Source of the DNA: Patescibacteria group bacterium
GTDB lineage: Bacteria > Patescibacteriota > Minisyncoccia > Minisyncoccales > PEYH01
Assembly (NCBI GenBank): GCA_018900835.1
Contig: JAHIFQ010000014.1
Location: forward strand, 1-62,875
DNA length: 62,875 nt
Direction: 5' to 3'
In this document: in pieces, positions 7,906 to 17,153 of the stretch
Layout: the number at the start of each line of letters is the position of its first letter
Numbering within the stretch: the stretch's first letter is position 1
Program-made: the position numbers and the translations under genes
The notes under the pieces: model-generated
Database searches by the model: none
The model's input: the letters and a program-made list of their open reading frames with translations, nothing else
Told to the model about the DNA's origin: nothing

Positions 7906-9378
7906 ATGGAAATTCGATTTATTTCTCATATTAGAGCAAGTAATCAGAACGGTACAGGTTTTTTCTATATACCCAAGGATAAGGCGGGTTCATTGGGGCC
8001 AGGAGATTGGGTTCGGGTTCAGGCGTCGAACGATATTTATTTTTTCGCCAAGACAATATTCTATTCTAATCAGATAGGGATATATGTGCCCAAGAAAATC
8101 GTTCAAAATAATAACTTACTGAATAACAAAATTGAGATTCGGCTACAGAGAATTAATGGCTTTTACGCTAGCGTATCTTTAGACGGGAGACTATATATTC
8201 CTCAAGCAGTTGCAGAAGTCCAAAAGTTAAAGCGAAACGATGTTGTTTTAGTGAAAGCCATAAAAGACGATAAGATTATTAGGGAAAAATATTCCAAGAT
8301 ACATATTACTTTTAGAGGCCGAGAGGGACGAAGCGAATACACCTGCGTCTTTGATAAATATTTTCATGGCAAAGAGTATATATTTACTATCGAGAAACAG
8401 ACCGCAGAAGTAAATATAGAAAAATTAAACCCAATAATAATTTCGGCCCTAAAAAATACTCACTATGCTTTTATCGGCGGGGATTCTGTGATTGCTTTTA
8501 GTGGAAATAAAATGCCGATAATTATTAATTCTAATATAAAATATTGCGATATTGCATTTTATTTAGGAGCATATTTTGCAGACGGAACAAAGAAAGGAAA
8601 TAGTTGGGCAATTTGTGCTTCCACTTTTGATCAAGCAAGAGCTTATCTAAAGATGCATAATTTTTTGATTAAAGATTCGAGCCCAGAATTCATAATTTCT
8701 TATACAAACATTTATAAAATTAATCCAGAGGAAGTCAAAAAAGAATTGGTTAAAATATGGGAAGATAAAATTGGGATCAGGGTTAATAAAACTAGAATAA
8801 GAGAACCCATAGGTAAATCGCCGGGCAAATGGAATAAATATGGAACTTTGATTATTAGAGAACACAGAATAGCGCTATTAGATTTTTATAATTCTCTATT
8901 GGGTTCGTTATTAAAGGAGATTCTGTTTAATAAGGACAAGAGATTAGCCATAGATTTTATATGTGGCGTGCTGGAGGGCGACGGCTACGCCCCTGCCACT
9001 AAACGAGGACACATTACGATTTCTACTAATAAGAATGAAGCTACAATTTTGGAAAATATTCTTGATGCAGTTCAAATAAAATTTAAAATTTACAAGGAGC
9101 ATCAAAATAGTTATTTTCTAAGAATTGGAGCCCTGGAGATATTAAGAAATTTTCATTTTTTGAAAGATAAAATTTTTATTCTATATCCCGAAAGGCACAA
9201 GGCTTTTTTTGAACGATTAAAAACCGTTGGAGGAGTCAGATTTTTTATAGAAGGACATGAGCCAACGGGTTGGGTAAAGGCTTGGCTAAAAGAAAATGGA
9301 TTTTTAAACGCAGAATATGATACTACGGAGAAGGGCGAAGAGCTTGGGAAGAACCTAAAAAATGCGACGAGCTTATAG
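7906..9378 (+). CDS. Free-standing double-motif LAGLIDADG homing-endonuclease-like protein with an AbrB/SpoVT-like N-terminal region
   Basis: 490 aa. LAGLIDADG motifs FYLGAYFADGTK and FICGVLEGDGYA. N-terminal segments FFYIPKDKAGSLGPGDWVRVQ and RLYIPQAVAEVQKLKRNDVVLVKA resemble AbrB looped-hinge repeats. Confidence 0.7.
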   Translation: MEIRFISHIRASNQNGTGFFYIPKDKAGSLGPGDWVRVQASNDIYFFAKTIFYSNQIGIYVPKKIVQNNNLLNNKIEIRLQRINGFYASVSLDGRLYIPQAVAEVQKLKRNDVVLVKAIKDDKIIREKYSKIHITFRGREGRSEYTCVFDKYFHGKEYIFTIEKQTAEVNIEKLNPIIISALKNTHYAFIGGDSVIAFSGNKMPIIINSNIKYCDIAFYLGAYFADGTKKGNSWAICASTFDQARAYLKMHNFLIKDSSPEFIISYTNIYKINPEEVKKELVKIWEDKIGIRVNKTRIREPIGKSPGKWNKYGTLIIREHRIALLDFYNSLLGSLLKEILFNKDKRLAIDFICGVLEGDGYAPATKRGHITISTNKNEATILENILDAVQIKFKIYKEHQNSYFLRIGALEILRNFHFLKDKIFILYPERHKAFFERLKTVGGVRFFIEGHEPTGWVKAWLKENGFLNAEYDTTEKGEELGKNLKNATSL

Positions 9379-9424
9379 ATCCGATTAACAGACCCTCTTT
9401 TTCATGTTAGTATAAAGACATTAT

Positions 9425-11098
9425 ATGAATTGGGAAAATATTTTTTTAAAAAAACAATCCGGAAAAGAAATTCTTTTAGGGAATAACGCTATTATTAGAG
9501 CAGCCCTGGAAGCAGGGGTTCAGTTTGTCTCTACTTATCCTGGCACGCCTACTTCGGAAATCGGTGATGGATTTTCCTTGCTTAAAAAAGCAGACAAGGG
9601 AAGTTTTTATTTTGAATATTCTATAAATGAAAAGGTTGCTTTAGAAGCAGGAATTGGAGCAAGTTTTTCAAATTTAAAAACATTGGTAGCGATGAAAAAT
9701 TTCGGTTTGAATGTGGCGAGCGATGCTTTACTGCCCTTTGTATATACTGGAACAAGAGGTCCGACAGTGATAGTCGTGGCAGATGACCCTTCTTGTCACA
9801 GTTCTGGACAAGAAGAAGAAAACACCAGGGGATTTGCATCTTTAGCGCACATACCTATTCTTGAGCCGTCTGATTCGCAGGAATGCAAGGATTTTACAAA
9901 AATTGCCTTTAATCTTTCTGAAAAATTTGAAATTCCGGTTATCTTGCGTTTGACCACGAGAGTTGCCCATCAAAGCAGTATTGTGAAATTAGGAAAAATA
10001 GAAAAAGCGGATAGAAAAGTAGGATTTAAAAAGGATTATAAGAAATTCGTTACTATGCCGCCAAGAGTCCTGGAAATGCATCAGGAGCTTTTGGATAAGA
10101 TTAGTAAAATTAGAAAAGAGTCAGAACAGTCAGCAATAAATTTAATTGATGATTCGTCAGTTTCTGCCAAAATTGGAATAATCACTTCAGGTGTGAGCTA
10201 TTTGCACACAAAAGAAGCTCTCCAATCGCTCAATTTAAAAATTCCTATTTTGAAATTAGGATTTTTCCATCCTTTGCCGGAAAATAAAATATCGAAATTT
10301 ATAAGACCCTTGGAAAGGGTTTTGATAATAGAAGAATTAGACCCGTATTTGGAAAAAGAAATAAAGATTTTAGCAAAAGATGTTAATCCCAAATTAGAAA
10401 TCATGGGCAAGGGATTATTGCCTGAAGTTGGAGAGCTAAAGCCAGAGCAGGTTATGGAAGCAATCGCCAAAGTGGCTGAAAAGAAATATCAGGCACCCAA
10501 AATTAAGCTACCTGTTAGCATAAAAAGGTTCCCCAATCTTTGCCCTGGCTGTCCCTATTGGTCTGTTTTTAACGGCGTTAAGCAGGCGATTAAAGAATCG
10601 GGCTTGAAAAATGAGGACATTGTATTCGGAGGAGGAATCGGTTGTTATATGCTTGCTTCTTTTGCTCCGCACAATATTCAAGATTATTTGCTTTGCATGG
10701 GTTCTTCCATAGGCATAGCTCATGGCATTAAGAAAGCAGATAAAAAACAAAAATTAATTTCTTTTGTCGGTGATTCAAGTTTTTTTCACGCTGGAATCCC
10801 CGCCCTAATCAATGTTGTTCACAACCAATCCAACCCCTTGATTATTTTGATGGACAATCAAATTACAGCAATGACTGGTCAACAGCCGTATCCAGGTATT
10901 GCTGAATCAGGAAGAAAAGAAAAAGGACAGAAAGTTAAATTAGAAGAAATTGTGAGAGCGTGCGGAGTGAAATATTTAAAAATTATTGAGCCAGCAGAGG
11001 ATTATAAAAATTTTGTGAAAACAGTAAAGGAGTTTATTAAAAAGGAAACAGTGGCTGTTATTATTGTTCGTCGTCCTTGTATTAGGATAAAGAGATGA
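9425..11098 (+). CDS. iorA: Indolepyruvate/2-oxoacid:ferredoxin oxidoreductase alpha subunit (TPP-binding)
   Basis: 557 aa. STYPGTPTSEI, CPGCPYW and GGIGCYML regions are typical of IorA. No CxxCxxCxxxCP ferredoxin motif is visible. Confidence 0.75.
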   Translation: MNWENIFLKKQSGKEILLGNNAIIRAALEAGVQFVSTYPGTPTSEIGDGFSLLKKADKGSFYFEYSINEKVALEAGIGASFSNLKTLVAMKNFGLNVASDALLPFVYTGTRGPTVIVVADDPSCHSSGQEEENTRGFASLAHIPILEPSDSQECKDFTKIAFNLSEKFEIPVILRLTTRVAHQSSIVKLGKIEKADRKVGFKKDYKKFVTMPPRVLEMHQELLDKISKIRKESEQSAINLIDDSSVSAKIGIITSGVSYLHTKEALQSLNLKIPILKLGFFHPLPENKISKFIRPLERVLIIEELDPYLEKEIKILAKDVNPKLEIMGKGLLPEVGELKPEQVMEAIAKVAEKKYQAPKIKLPVSIKRFPNLCPGCPYWSVFNGVKQAIKESGLKNEDIVFGGGIGCYMLASFAPHNIQDYLLCMGSSIGIAHGIKKADKKQKLISFVGDSSFFHAGIPALINVVHNQSNPLIILMDNQITAMTGQQPYPGIAESGRKEKGQKVKLEEIVRACGVKYLKIIEPAEDYKNFVKTVKEFIKKETVAVIIVRRPCIRIKR

Positions 11099-11697
11099 AG
11101 AAAAATAATCAACAATTTAATATAGTGCTTTCAGGCGTTGGTGGGCAGGGACTGATAACCTTGGGCAATATAATCGCTGAAGCCGGATTTTTAGAAGGCA
11201 ATGAAGTTAAAATGTCCGAGCTTCATGGGCTTTCCCAAAGAGGCGGTTCTGTGGCAGTGCAGGTTAGAATTGGAAAAAGTATTTTTTCTCCCTTAATTAC
11301 CCGAGGAGAGGCGGATTTGGTTTTGGCAATGGAAAGAAGCGAGGCCTTAAAAAGTTGCTGTTTTTCCTCCAGAAAAAGGACAATATTTTTGATTAATGAT
11401 TTTGAAATTTATTCTCCTTCTTTTGGAAATCAAAAACTTCCTGCGTTAGAAAAGATTATTTCTGAAATCAAGCCATTTGCTAAAGAAATTTACAGTATTA
11501 AGGCCTCGGACATTGTGCAAGAACATCTGGGATTAAGTATCTTGGCAGGGGTCTTTATATTATCCGGAGCAGCACACAAAGGATTAATTCCCCTAAGCCC
11601 TGCCAACATCTTGAAAGCAATTAAAGAAAATGTGCCGACAAGGATGGAATTGAACGAGAAGGCATTTTATCTCGCCAAGAATAATTTTAAGATTTAA
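11095..11697 (+). CDS. iorB: Indolepyruvate oxidoreductase beta subunit
   Basis: 200 aa with GVGGQGLITLGNIIAEA. ATGA overlap with iorA. Confidence 0.78.
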   Translation: MKKNNQQFNIVLSGVGGQGLITLGNIIAEAGFLEGNEVKMSELHGLSQRGGSVAVQVRIGKSIFSPLITRGEADLVLAMERSEALKSCCFSSRKRTIFLINDFEIYSPSFGNQKLPALEKIISEIKPFAKEIYSIKASDIVQEHLGLSILAGVFILSGAAHKGLIPLSPANILKAIKENVPTRMELNEKAFYLAKNNFKI

Positions 11698-11704
11698 AAA
11701 AGAT

Positions 11705-12889
11705 ATGGAAGCAGTAATTATGGCAGCAGGTAGAGGGGAAAGGACGCAACCACTTTCTTCTGCGAAACAAAAACACTTATTGAAAGTTTTAGGTAAGAGC
11801 ATTTTAGAGCATAATTTAGAACAATTAAACGGATTAGTAGACACCGTTATTTTGGTTATCAGGCCGGATGAGAGATGTAAAGAAATTAAAAAAATAATCG
11901 GGAGAAAACATAAAGGCCTCAAAATAAAATACGCGTTGGAGCAAGAGCCATTGGGCACAGCTGATGCTGCGAAAACCGCCTTGCCTTTTATCGGGGAAAG
12001 GTTTTTGCTTTTAAACGGAGATGATTTATATAGTCATAATGATATTAAAAAGGTCTTGGAGAAATTTCCGTGCATTTTAGTTAAAGAAGTTAGCCAGCCA
12101 AAATTTTTCGGAATTGTGGGTATTTCTAATGGGATAGTAAAATCATTTATAGAAAAGCCGGAAAACTCGGCCTCTAATTTGGCTAACACAGGCCTGTATT
12201 ATCTGCCAAAAGACATATTTAAATTTTCAATTGAAAAATCAAAAAGAGGAGAATATGAATTTACCGATTACATTAAGAAATTTATTATCAAAGAAAAACT
12301 CAATATTCAGGAGGCAGAGCAATGGATTCCAATTTCATTTTGTTGGCATCTTATTGAGGCCTGCGAGGCGTTGTTAAAAAAAATAGAAGGGACCAATCAA
12401 GGGAAAATAGATAAGAATTGCGTGGTTTCCGGGAATTTATTGATAGGCAAAGGAACGGTTGTTAAAAAAGGAACGCGTATAGAAGGTCCTGTTTATATCG
12501 GCAGGAATTGTTTGATTGAGCAGAATTGCTTTATCAAAAAATTTAGTAGCATCGGAGACAGGGTTAGAATAAGGGATGGGGCGACCATAGACAATTCTAT
12601 AATAGGCGACAAAACAGAAATAGGCCCGAAGTGTTTTATCGCTGATTCTATAATCGGAGATGGTTCTAAATTAGGGGCAACTACAACCACATTGAATTTT
12701 AATGAGGACGGCCAAACAATAAAAACATCAGCCAAGGGAAAAATTATTGATACCAAAAGAGCGAAATTAGGAGCAGTTATAGGAGATAGGGTAATTACAG
12801 GAGCTGGAGTCATTATTTCCCCGGGCAAAAAAATCTGGCCCAACAAGTCATTGGTTGATAATCAGAGAGTTGTTGAAGATATTCAATAA
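11705..12889 (+). CDS. Sugar-1-phosphate nucleotidyltransferase with C-terminal left-handed beta-helix (archaeal-type GlmU-like)
   Basis: MAAGRGERTQPLS nucleotidyltransferase loop. Hexapeptide repeats in the last roughly 150 aa. Confidence 0.75.
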   Translation: MEAVIMAAGRGERTQPLSSAKQKHLLKVLGKSILEHNLEQLNGLVDTVILVIRPDERCKEIKKIIGRKHKGLKIKYALEQEPLGTADAAKTALPFIGERFLLLNGDDLYSHNDIKKVLEKFPCILVKEVSQPKFFGIVGISNGIVKSFIEKPENSASNLANTGLYYLPKDIFKFSIEKSKRGEYEFTDYIKKFIIKEKLNIQEAEQWIPISFCWHLIEACEALLKKIEGTNQGKIDKNCVVSGNLLIGKGTVVKKGTRIEGPVYIGRNCLIEQNCFIKKFSSIGDRVRIRDGATIDNSIIGDKTEIGPKCFIADSIIGDGSKLGATTTTLNFNEDGQTIKTSAKGKIIDTKRAKLGAVIGDRVITGAGVIISPGKKIWPNKSLVDNQRVVEDIQ

Positions 12890-12897
12890 AATCGTTT

Positions 12898-13830
12898 ATG
12901 AAGAAAGCCAAAGCATTGGTCTTATTGTCAGGTGGATTGGATTCTATTCTGACAGCCAAATTATTATTGGAACAAAAGATAGAAGTAGAGGCCCTGGTTT
13001 TCAAGAGCTGTTTTTTTGATTCCAAACAAGCAGAGATAACAGCTAAAAAACTCGGCATCAAATTAAGGATTATAGATTTTTCAAAAAAACATTTTGAAAT
13101 GGTTAAAAATCCGAAATATGGCTATGGCAAAAATATGAATCCCTGCATTGATTGCCACGCCCTGATGCTTAAATACGCCAAAGAAATAATGACAAAAGAA
13201 GCGTTTGATTTTGTTGCAACCGGCGAGGTTTTGGGGGAAAGGCCAATGTCGCAAAACAAGCAAGCCCTGCAGTTGATAGAAAAACAGAGCGGGCTTAAGG
13301 GATATCTTTTAAGGCCATTATCAGCCAAATTGCTTGAACCGACAATAGCAGAGCAAAAAGGTATTATTGATAGGGATAATTTTTTGGCAATTAAGGGGCG
13401 TTCACGGAAAGAGCAATTGGCTTTGGCAAAAAAATGGAAAATTGATTGGTTTCCTGCGCCAAGCGGAGGATGTCTTTTGACTGACTCTTGTTTTTCAGAA
13501 AAATTAAAGGACTTGATAAAAAATAATAATAATCCAGATGTGAGTGATATTAATTTGCTTAAAATCGGCAGACATTTTTGGGATGACAAAGTTAAAATAA
13601 TTATAGGCAGAAACCATCAGGAGAACTTAGAATTGAAAGAAGCAGGCAAAAAAAATGATATTTTGTTGGAAATGAAAGAACCAGCAGGCCCGACTGCTTT
13701 GATAAGGGGGTCAAAAGAGATGGTTGGCGAAAAATTAATTGAAAAAGCGAAAGAATTGATAATTTTATACGCGCCAAAAGCAAAAAACAAGAAAAAAATA
13801 TTTTTTGATGTATTTTTGCCCGGCTCCTGA
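12898..13830 (+). CDS. PP-loop ATP pyrophosphatase, ThiI/MnmA-like tRNA thiolation-type enzyme
   Basis: SGGLDS PP-loop, NPCIDCH, and GEVLGERPMSQ as in ThiI-type sulfurtransferases. Confidence 0.6.
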   Translation: MKKAKALVLLSGGLDSILTAKLLLEQKIEVEALVFKSCFFDSKQAEITAKKLGIKLRIIDFSKKHFEMVKNPKYGYGKNMNPCIDCHALMLKYAKEIMTKEAFDFVATGEVLGERPMSQNKQALQLIEKQSGLKGYLLRPLSAKLLEPTIAEQKGIIDRDNFLAIKGRSRKEQLALAKKWKIDWFPAPSGGCLLTDSCFSEKLKDLIKNNNNPDVSDINLLKIGRHFWDDKVKIIIGRNHQENLELKEAGKKNDILLEMKEPAGPTALIRGSKEMVGEKLIEKAKELIILYAPKAKNKKKIFFDVFLPGS

Positions 13831-13886
13831 TTTTGGTTTAATTTTTCTATCTGCTATAATGTAAAAATATTCGTTTAGAAGAAGAA

Positions 13887-14987
13887 ATGCTAAATATAGT
13901 TTTTATAAAAGATTATTTAAATCAGGCGTTAAGCAACCGACCAGAATCATTGAGTATGGCCTTCTGGGGCAACACGCTTTTTGACTATTTAATAGCGCTA
14001 TTCGTTTTTATAGTGGTTGTTCTGATTTTAAGGATTTTTAAAGAGGTTATAATCGTGGAATTGAGGAGATTGGCAAAGCGTACGAAAACAAAATTTGATG
14101 ATGTGATAATCAGGATGATTGATTCTGTTGGTTGGCCCCTTTATGTCCTTCTTTCTTTTTATTTATCCTTCCTATTTTTACACATTCCAGCGGTTGTGGA
14201 AAAATATTTCCCAACAGTCATTTTCGTTTTTATGGTCTTTTATATTATAAAGGCCATTCAGATTTTGATTGACTTCAGCACTGAAAGGGCGATGGTTCAA
14301 GACGCAAAGGACGGAAAAATAGACCGCCCAGGTATGCGGTTCGTTGGTAAAATAATAAAGATTATAGTATGGGCGTTCGGACTTATTATTATTTTGCGGT
14401 CTTTTGGATATAATATCACTGCTTTGGCAGCCAGCTTGGGAATTGGAGGAATTGCAATTGCTTTCGCTCTGCAAAATGTTCTGGCAGACATATTCGCCTC
14501 ATTTTCCATTGATATTGACCGGCCGTTTAAATTGGGGGATTTCATTTCTATCGGCGAAGAAATGGGCAAAGTAAAGAGTATCGGAATAAAATCCACTCGT
14601 TTGCAAAGCTTGCAGGGAGAGGAGTTGGTTATATCTAATAAGGAGCTCACAAATTCCCGCATTCATAATTTTGGTCAAATGGAAAAAAGAAGAGCTGTTT
14701 TTATATTAAGTATTGCCCACGACACTCCGTTTAAAAAAATAGAAAAGATTCCAGCAATGATTAAGAATATTTTGAAAAAAATTAAAGGAGTTGAAATAGA
14801 CAGAGTTTATTTTAAAGAGCTTGGTCCGTATAATTTAGGATTTGAGGTTGCTTACTTTTTCAATTCAGCTGATTTTGATGATTTTGTAGAGGCAAGAGAG
14901 GCGATTAATTTTGGGATTAAAAAAGCGCTTGATAAAGAAAAGATTTCTATGGTTAATCAAGCGCCAAGAATCATTCCGAAGAAATAA
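13887..14987 (+). CDS. Small-conductance mechanosensitive channel (MscS family)
   Basis: N-terminal TM helices followed by the beta-domain PFKLGDFISIGEEMGKVKSIGIKSTRLQSLQGEELVISN. Confidence 0.8.
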   Translation: MLNIVFIKDYLNQALSNRPESLSMAFWGNTLFDYLIALFVFIVVVLILRIFKEVIIVELRRLAKRTKTKFDDVIIRMIDSVGWPLYVLLSFYLSFLFLHIPAVVEKYFPTVIFVFMVFYIIKAIQILIDFSTERAMVQDAKDGKIDRPGMRFVGKIIKIIVWAFGLIIILRSFGYNITALAASLGIGGIAIAFALQNVLADIFASFSIDIDRPFKLGDFISIGEEMGKVKSIGIKSTRLQSLQGEELVISNKELTNSRIHNFGQMEKRRAVFILSIAHDTPFKKIEKIPAMIKNILKKIKGVEIDRVYFKELGPYNLGFEVAYFFNSADFDDFVEAREAINFGIKKALDKEKISMVNQAPRIIPKK

Positions 14988-15007
14988 ATTTATTATAAAA
15001 AAGAAAT

Positions 15008-15040
15008 GAGGCCGGGTCTTGCGACTCGGCCTCTTGTCTT
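15008..15040. terminator. Bidirectional hairpin terminator between convergent genes
   Basis: GAGGCCG-N12-CGGCCTC lies between the MscS stop (14987) and the minus-strand gene stop (15044). Confidence 0.6.
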
Positions 15041-15043
15041 CGT

Positions 15044-15391
15044 TCATCGTAGAGAAAGCGCCTCTTGGAGCGTTTCGCCCGTTCGTGTTGGGTGGCAGAA
15101 TAAGCAGCCCAATGATTCAAAGCAGGAGCGCTCATATATGAACGGAGAGATGGCGATGACTGTAGTTTGACTTTTCTTTTTAGTTTCTTCGATAAGGCAG
15201 TGCGCATTTGAGCCAAATAGCCCATCAGACAATCGAGCATCTATCAATATGATGTCCGGATGTCTACTGCGTATCTGTCTTGCCCCATCCTTACATGTCT
15301 CGCTCACGGCGATTTCGTATTCGCCGACTACTTTTGCTTCTACTTGTTGGCGCACATCTATAGGTACGCCTATTAGCAGAATCGTCTTCAT
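15044..15391 (-). CDS. Stand-alone atypical response-regulator receiver-like protein
   Basis: Start moved to MKTILLIGV, behind the GAGGGGG SD. Has DIILIDARL (putative acceptor Asp) and VIAIS but lacks the N-terminal DD pair. Visibly GC-richer than its neighbours. Confidence 0.5.
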   Translation of the reverse strand: MKTILLIGVPIDVRQQVEAKVVGEYEIAVSETCKDGARQIRSRHPDIILIDARLSDGLFGSNAHCLIEETKKKSQTTVIAISPFIYERSCFESLGCLFCHPTRTGETLQEALSLR

Positions 15392-15526
15392 TTGTTCCCC
15401 CTCTTTGATTTTTGAAGATGATATGCTGCGCATATGAAAGTGAAAGCTGTTTAAACATTACCATATTATGAATATAAAGTCAAATTTTGAATTGTGTTTT
15501 TAAGACAAATATACTAATCTATAATA

Positions 15527-16276
15527 ATGGTTAAAATTATTGCTTTATCCAATCTTAAAGGCGGAACAGGCAAGACAAATGTAGCTGTGAATCTTTCTAT
15601 GTTTCTTTCCGCTCTTGGGAAGAGAGTTTTGCTCGTTGATTTAACTCCGCAAGGAGACGCCACTTTTTCTTTAGGAATCAAAAGCAGCCCAAATTATGTG
15701 GGCGATGTTTTGTTGCAAAAAATTAGGCCAAAATTAGCAGTCAAAAGTACCCCTTATTTCGCATTTGACATTATGCCTTCTTTCCCGGAATTAATCTCTG
15801 TAATTGGGAGAATCAGGGAATCGCACAAGCCAGAGGCACGGATTAAAGAGGCAATTGAAAAAATGGAAGAGGACTATGACTTTGTTATTATAGATACTTG
15901 TCCTGATTTTAATATTCTTACTCTAAACGCTCTTTATGCAGCTGATGAAATTATGATTCCCATTCAATCAGAATATCTTGCTTTAAGGAGCGCTAATCAA
16001 TTGGTTTCTATGATTCGTTCTTTCAGACCATTAAAAGAAAAAGAGATTAGCGCGGTTTTGACAATGTATGGCTGGAGAAGCAAAATTTCAAGAAGCATTT
16101 CCAAGGCGATTAAAAATGAGTTTTCAGGATATATTCACAATACTATTATTCCTCGGGCTGCTATTTTATCCCAAGTAACAGAATCTAAAGAGCCGATTTT
16201 AAAAACCGCTCCCAATTCCCGCGCCTCCCGCGCCTTCAAACAATTAGCCGAAGAAGTAATCTCCCGCAACAAATAA
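15527..16276 (+). CDS. ParA/Soj-family ATPase (no adjacent parB)
   Basis: Deviant Walker A LKGGTGKTNVAVNLS. 249 aa. Confidence 0.85.
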   Translation: MVKIIALSNLKGGTGKTNVAVNLSMFLSALGKRVLLVDLTPQGDATFSLGIKSSPNYVGDVLLQKIRPKLAVKSTPYFAFDIMPSFPELISVIGRIRESHKPEARIKEAIEKMEEDYDFVIIDTCPDFNILTLNALYAADEIMIPIQSEYLALRSANQLVSMIRSFRPLKEKEISAVLTMYGWRSKISRSISKAIKNEFSGYIHNTIIPRAAILSQVTESKEPILKTAPNSRASRAFKQLAEEVISRNK

Positions 16277-16325
16277 CAAGCAATCAATAATCAATAATCA
16301 GTAATGATGTCGCTAACTAAAAACC

Positions 16326-16354
16326 TTGTTTTTTTAAAATTATTACTCTATAAT
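16326..16354 (+). promoter_or_regulatory. Putative sigma70-type promoter of the hicBA pair
   Basis: TTGTTT-N17-TATAAT, 35 nt upstream of the tandem ATG repeats. Confidence 0.35.
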
Positions 16355-16388
16355 ATCAAAGATATAATGAAAACATTATGAAAACATT

Positions 16389-16736
16389 ATGAAAACAAAA
16401 ACACTCCAACTTTATAAGAAACTGCTTCCTCAGAAAATAGCTGTTTTAGTTCACAAAGAGGGAAATGGTTTTTGGGCCGAAATCAAGGGTAGAGGATTAG
16501 AAAACTGCCATACACAAGCAGAGAATTTTAACGAGTTGATAAAAATGGTTAATGATGCCATTTTTGATTATCTGGAAATCCCTCTCAAGGTCAGAAAGGA
16601 CTTAGGTTTTTATCTTCCGTGCTCGATTATTAATGCCCTAAAAGAAAAGGCCATAAAGAGAAGGGGCCAGCTAATTTTAAAATACATTAATGACCAGACA
16701 AAAGTAAAAAGAGAAGTTGCCTTTACTTTGGCTTAA
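16389..16736 (+). CDS. hicB: HicB-like antitoxin
   Basis: FWAEIKGRGLENCHTQAENFNELIKMVNDAIFDYL matches the HicB N-domain pattern. Only 2 nt separate it from the downstream HicA-like ORF. Confidence 0.55.
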   Translation: MKTKTLQLYKKLLPQKIAVLVHKEGNGFWAEIKGRGLENCHTQAENFNELIKMVNDAIFDYLEIPLKVRKDLGFYLPCSIINALKEKAIKRRGQLILKYINDQTKVKREVAFTLA

Positions 16737-16738
16737 AC

Positions 16739-16996
16739 ATGGCGAAAGGAACTAAGCCAAAATTCACAAACTGTCGCCCCAAACAAGTTTTAGCTGCCTT
16801 GAATAAAATCGGGGATTTTTCTTTTTGGCAAGGCGCGAGTCATCTTATAATCAAGCATAAAAAAACGGGCAAAAAGTTCTCAATTCCACGGAGCGGAGTA
16901 ATCAGTAGGGGGTTGATGAACACCTTTGTTAAAAAATATTTGGTGGGTCAATTAGGATTTACAGAAAAAGAAATTTATAAATACCTGAATTGTTGA
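16739..16996 (+). CDS. hicA: HicA-like mRNA interferase toxin
   Basis: 85 aa and basic. ...LNKIGDFSFWQGASHLIIKH...FSIPRS...RGLMNTFVKK fits the HicA/YcfA fold pattern. Confidence 0.6.
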   Translation: MAKGTKPKFTNCRPKQVLAALNKIGDFSFWQGASHLIIKHKKTGKKFSIPRSGVISRGLMNTFVKKYLVGQLGFTEKEIYKYLNC

Positions 16997-17039
16997 TTGA
17001 TAACAAAAAAATAACCCGAGAGGGGTATTTTTTTGTTTG

Positions 17040-17123
17040 TGCCGGAGGTGGGGGTCGAACCCACATGGGAGTAATCCCACAGAATTTTGAATTCTGCGCG
17101 TAAGCCAATTCCGCCACTCCGGC
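17040..17123 (-). tRNA. tRNA-Leu (anticodon CAA), class II with long variable arm, CCA not encoded
   Basis: Hand-folded cloverleaf: acceptor GCCGGAG/CTCCGGC, anticodon stem CAGAA/TTCTG with loop TTCAAAA, variable arm TGGGA-TTAC-TCCCA, T arm GTGGG-TTCGACC-CCCAC. Confidence 0.93.
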
Positions 17124-17153
17124 TCGTTTTCCGTTATTTTACAGTATTTTTGC

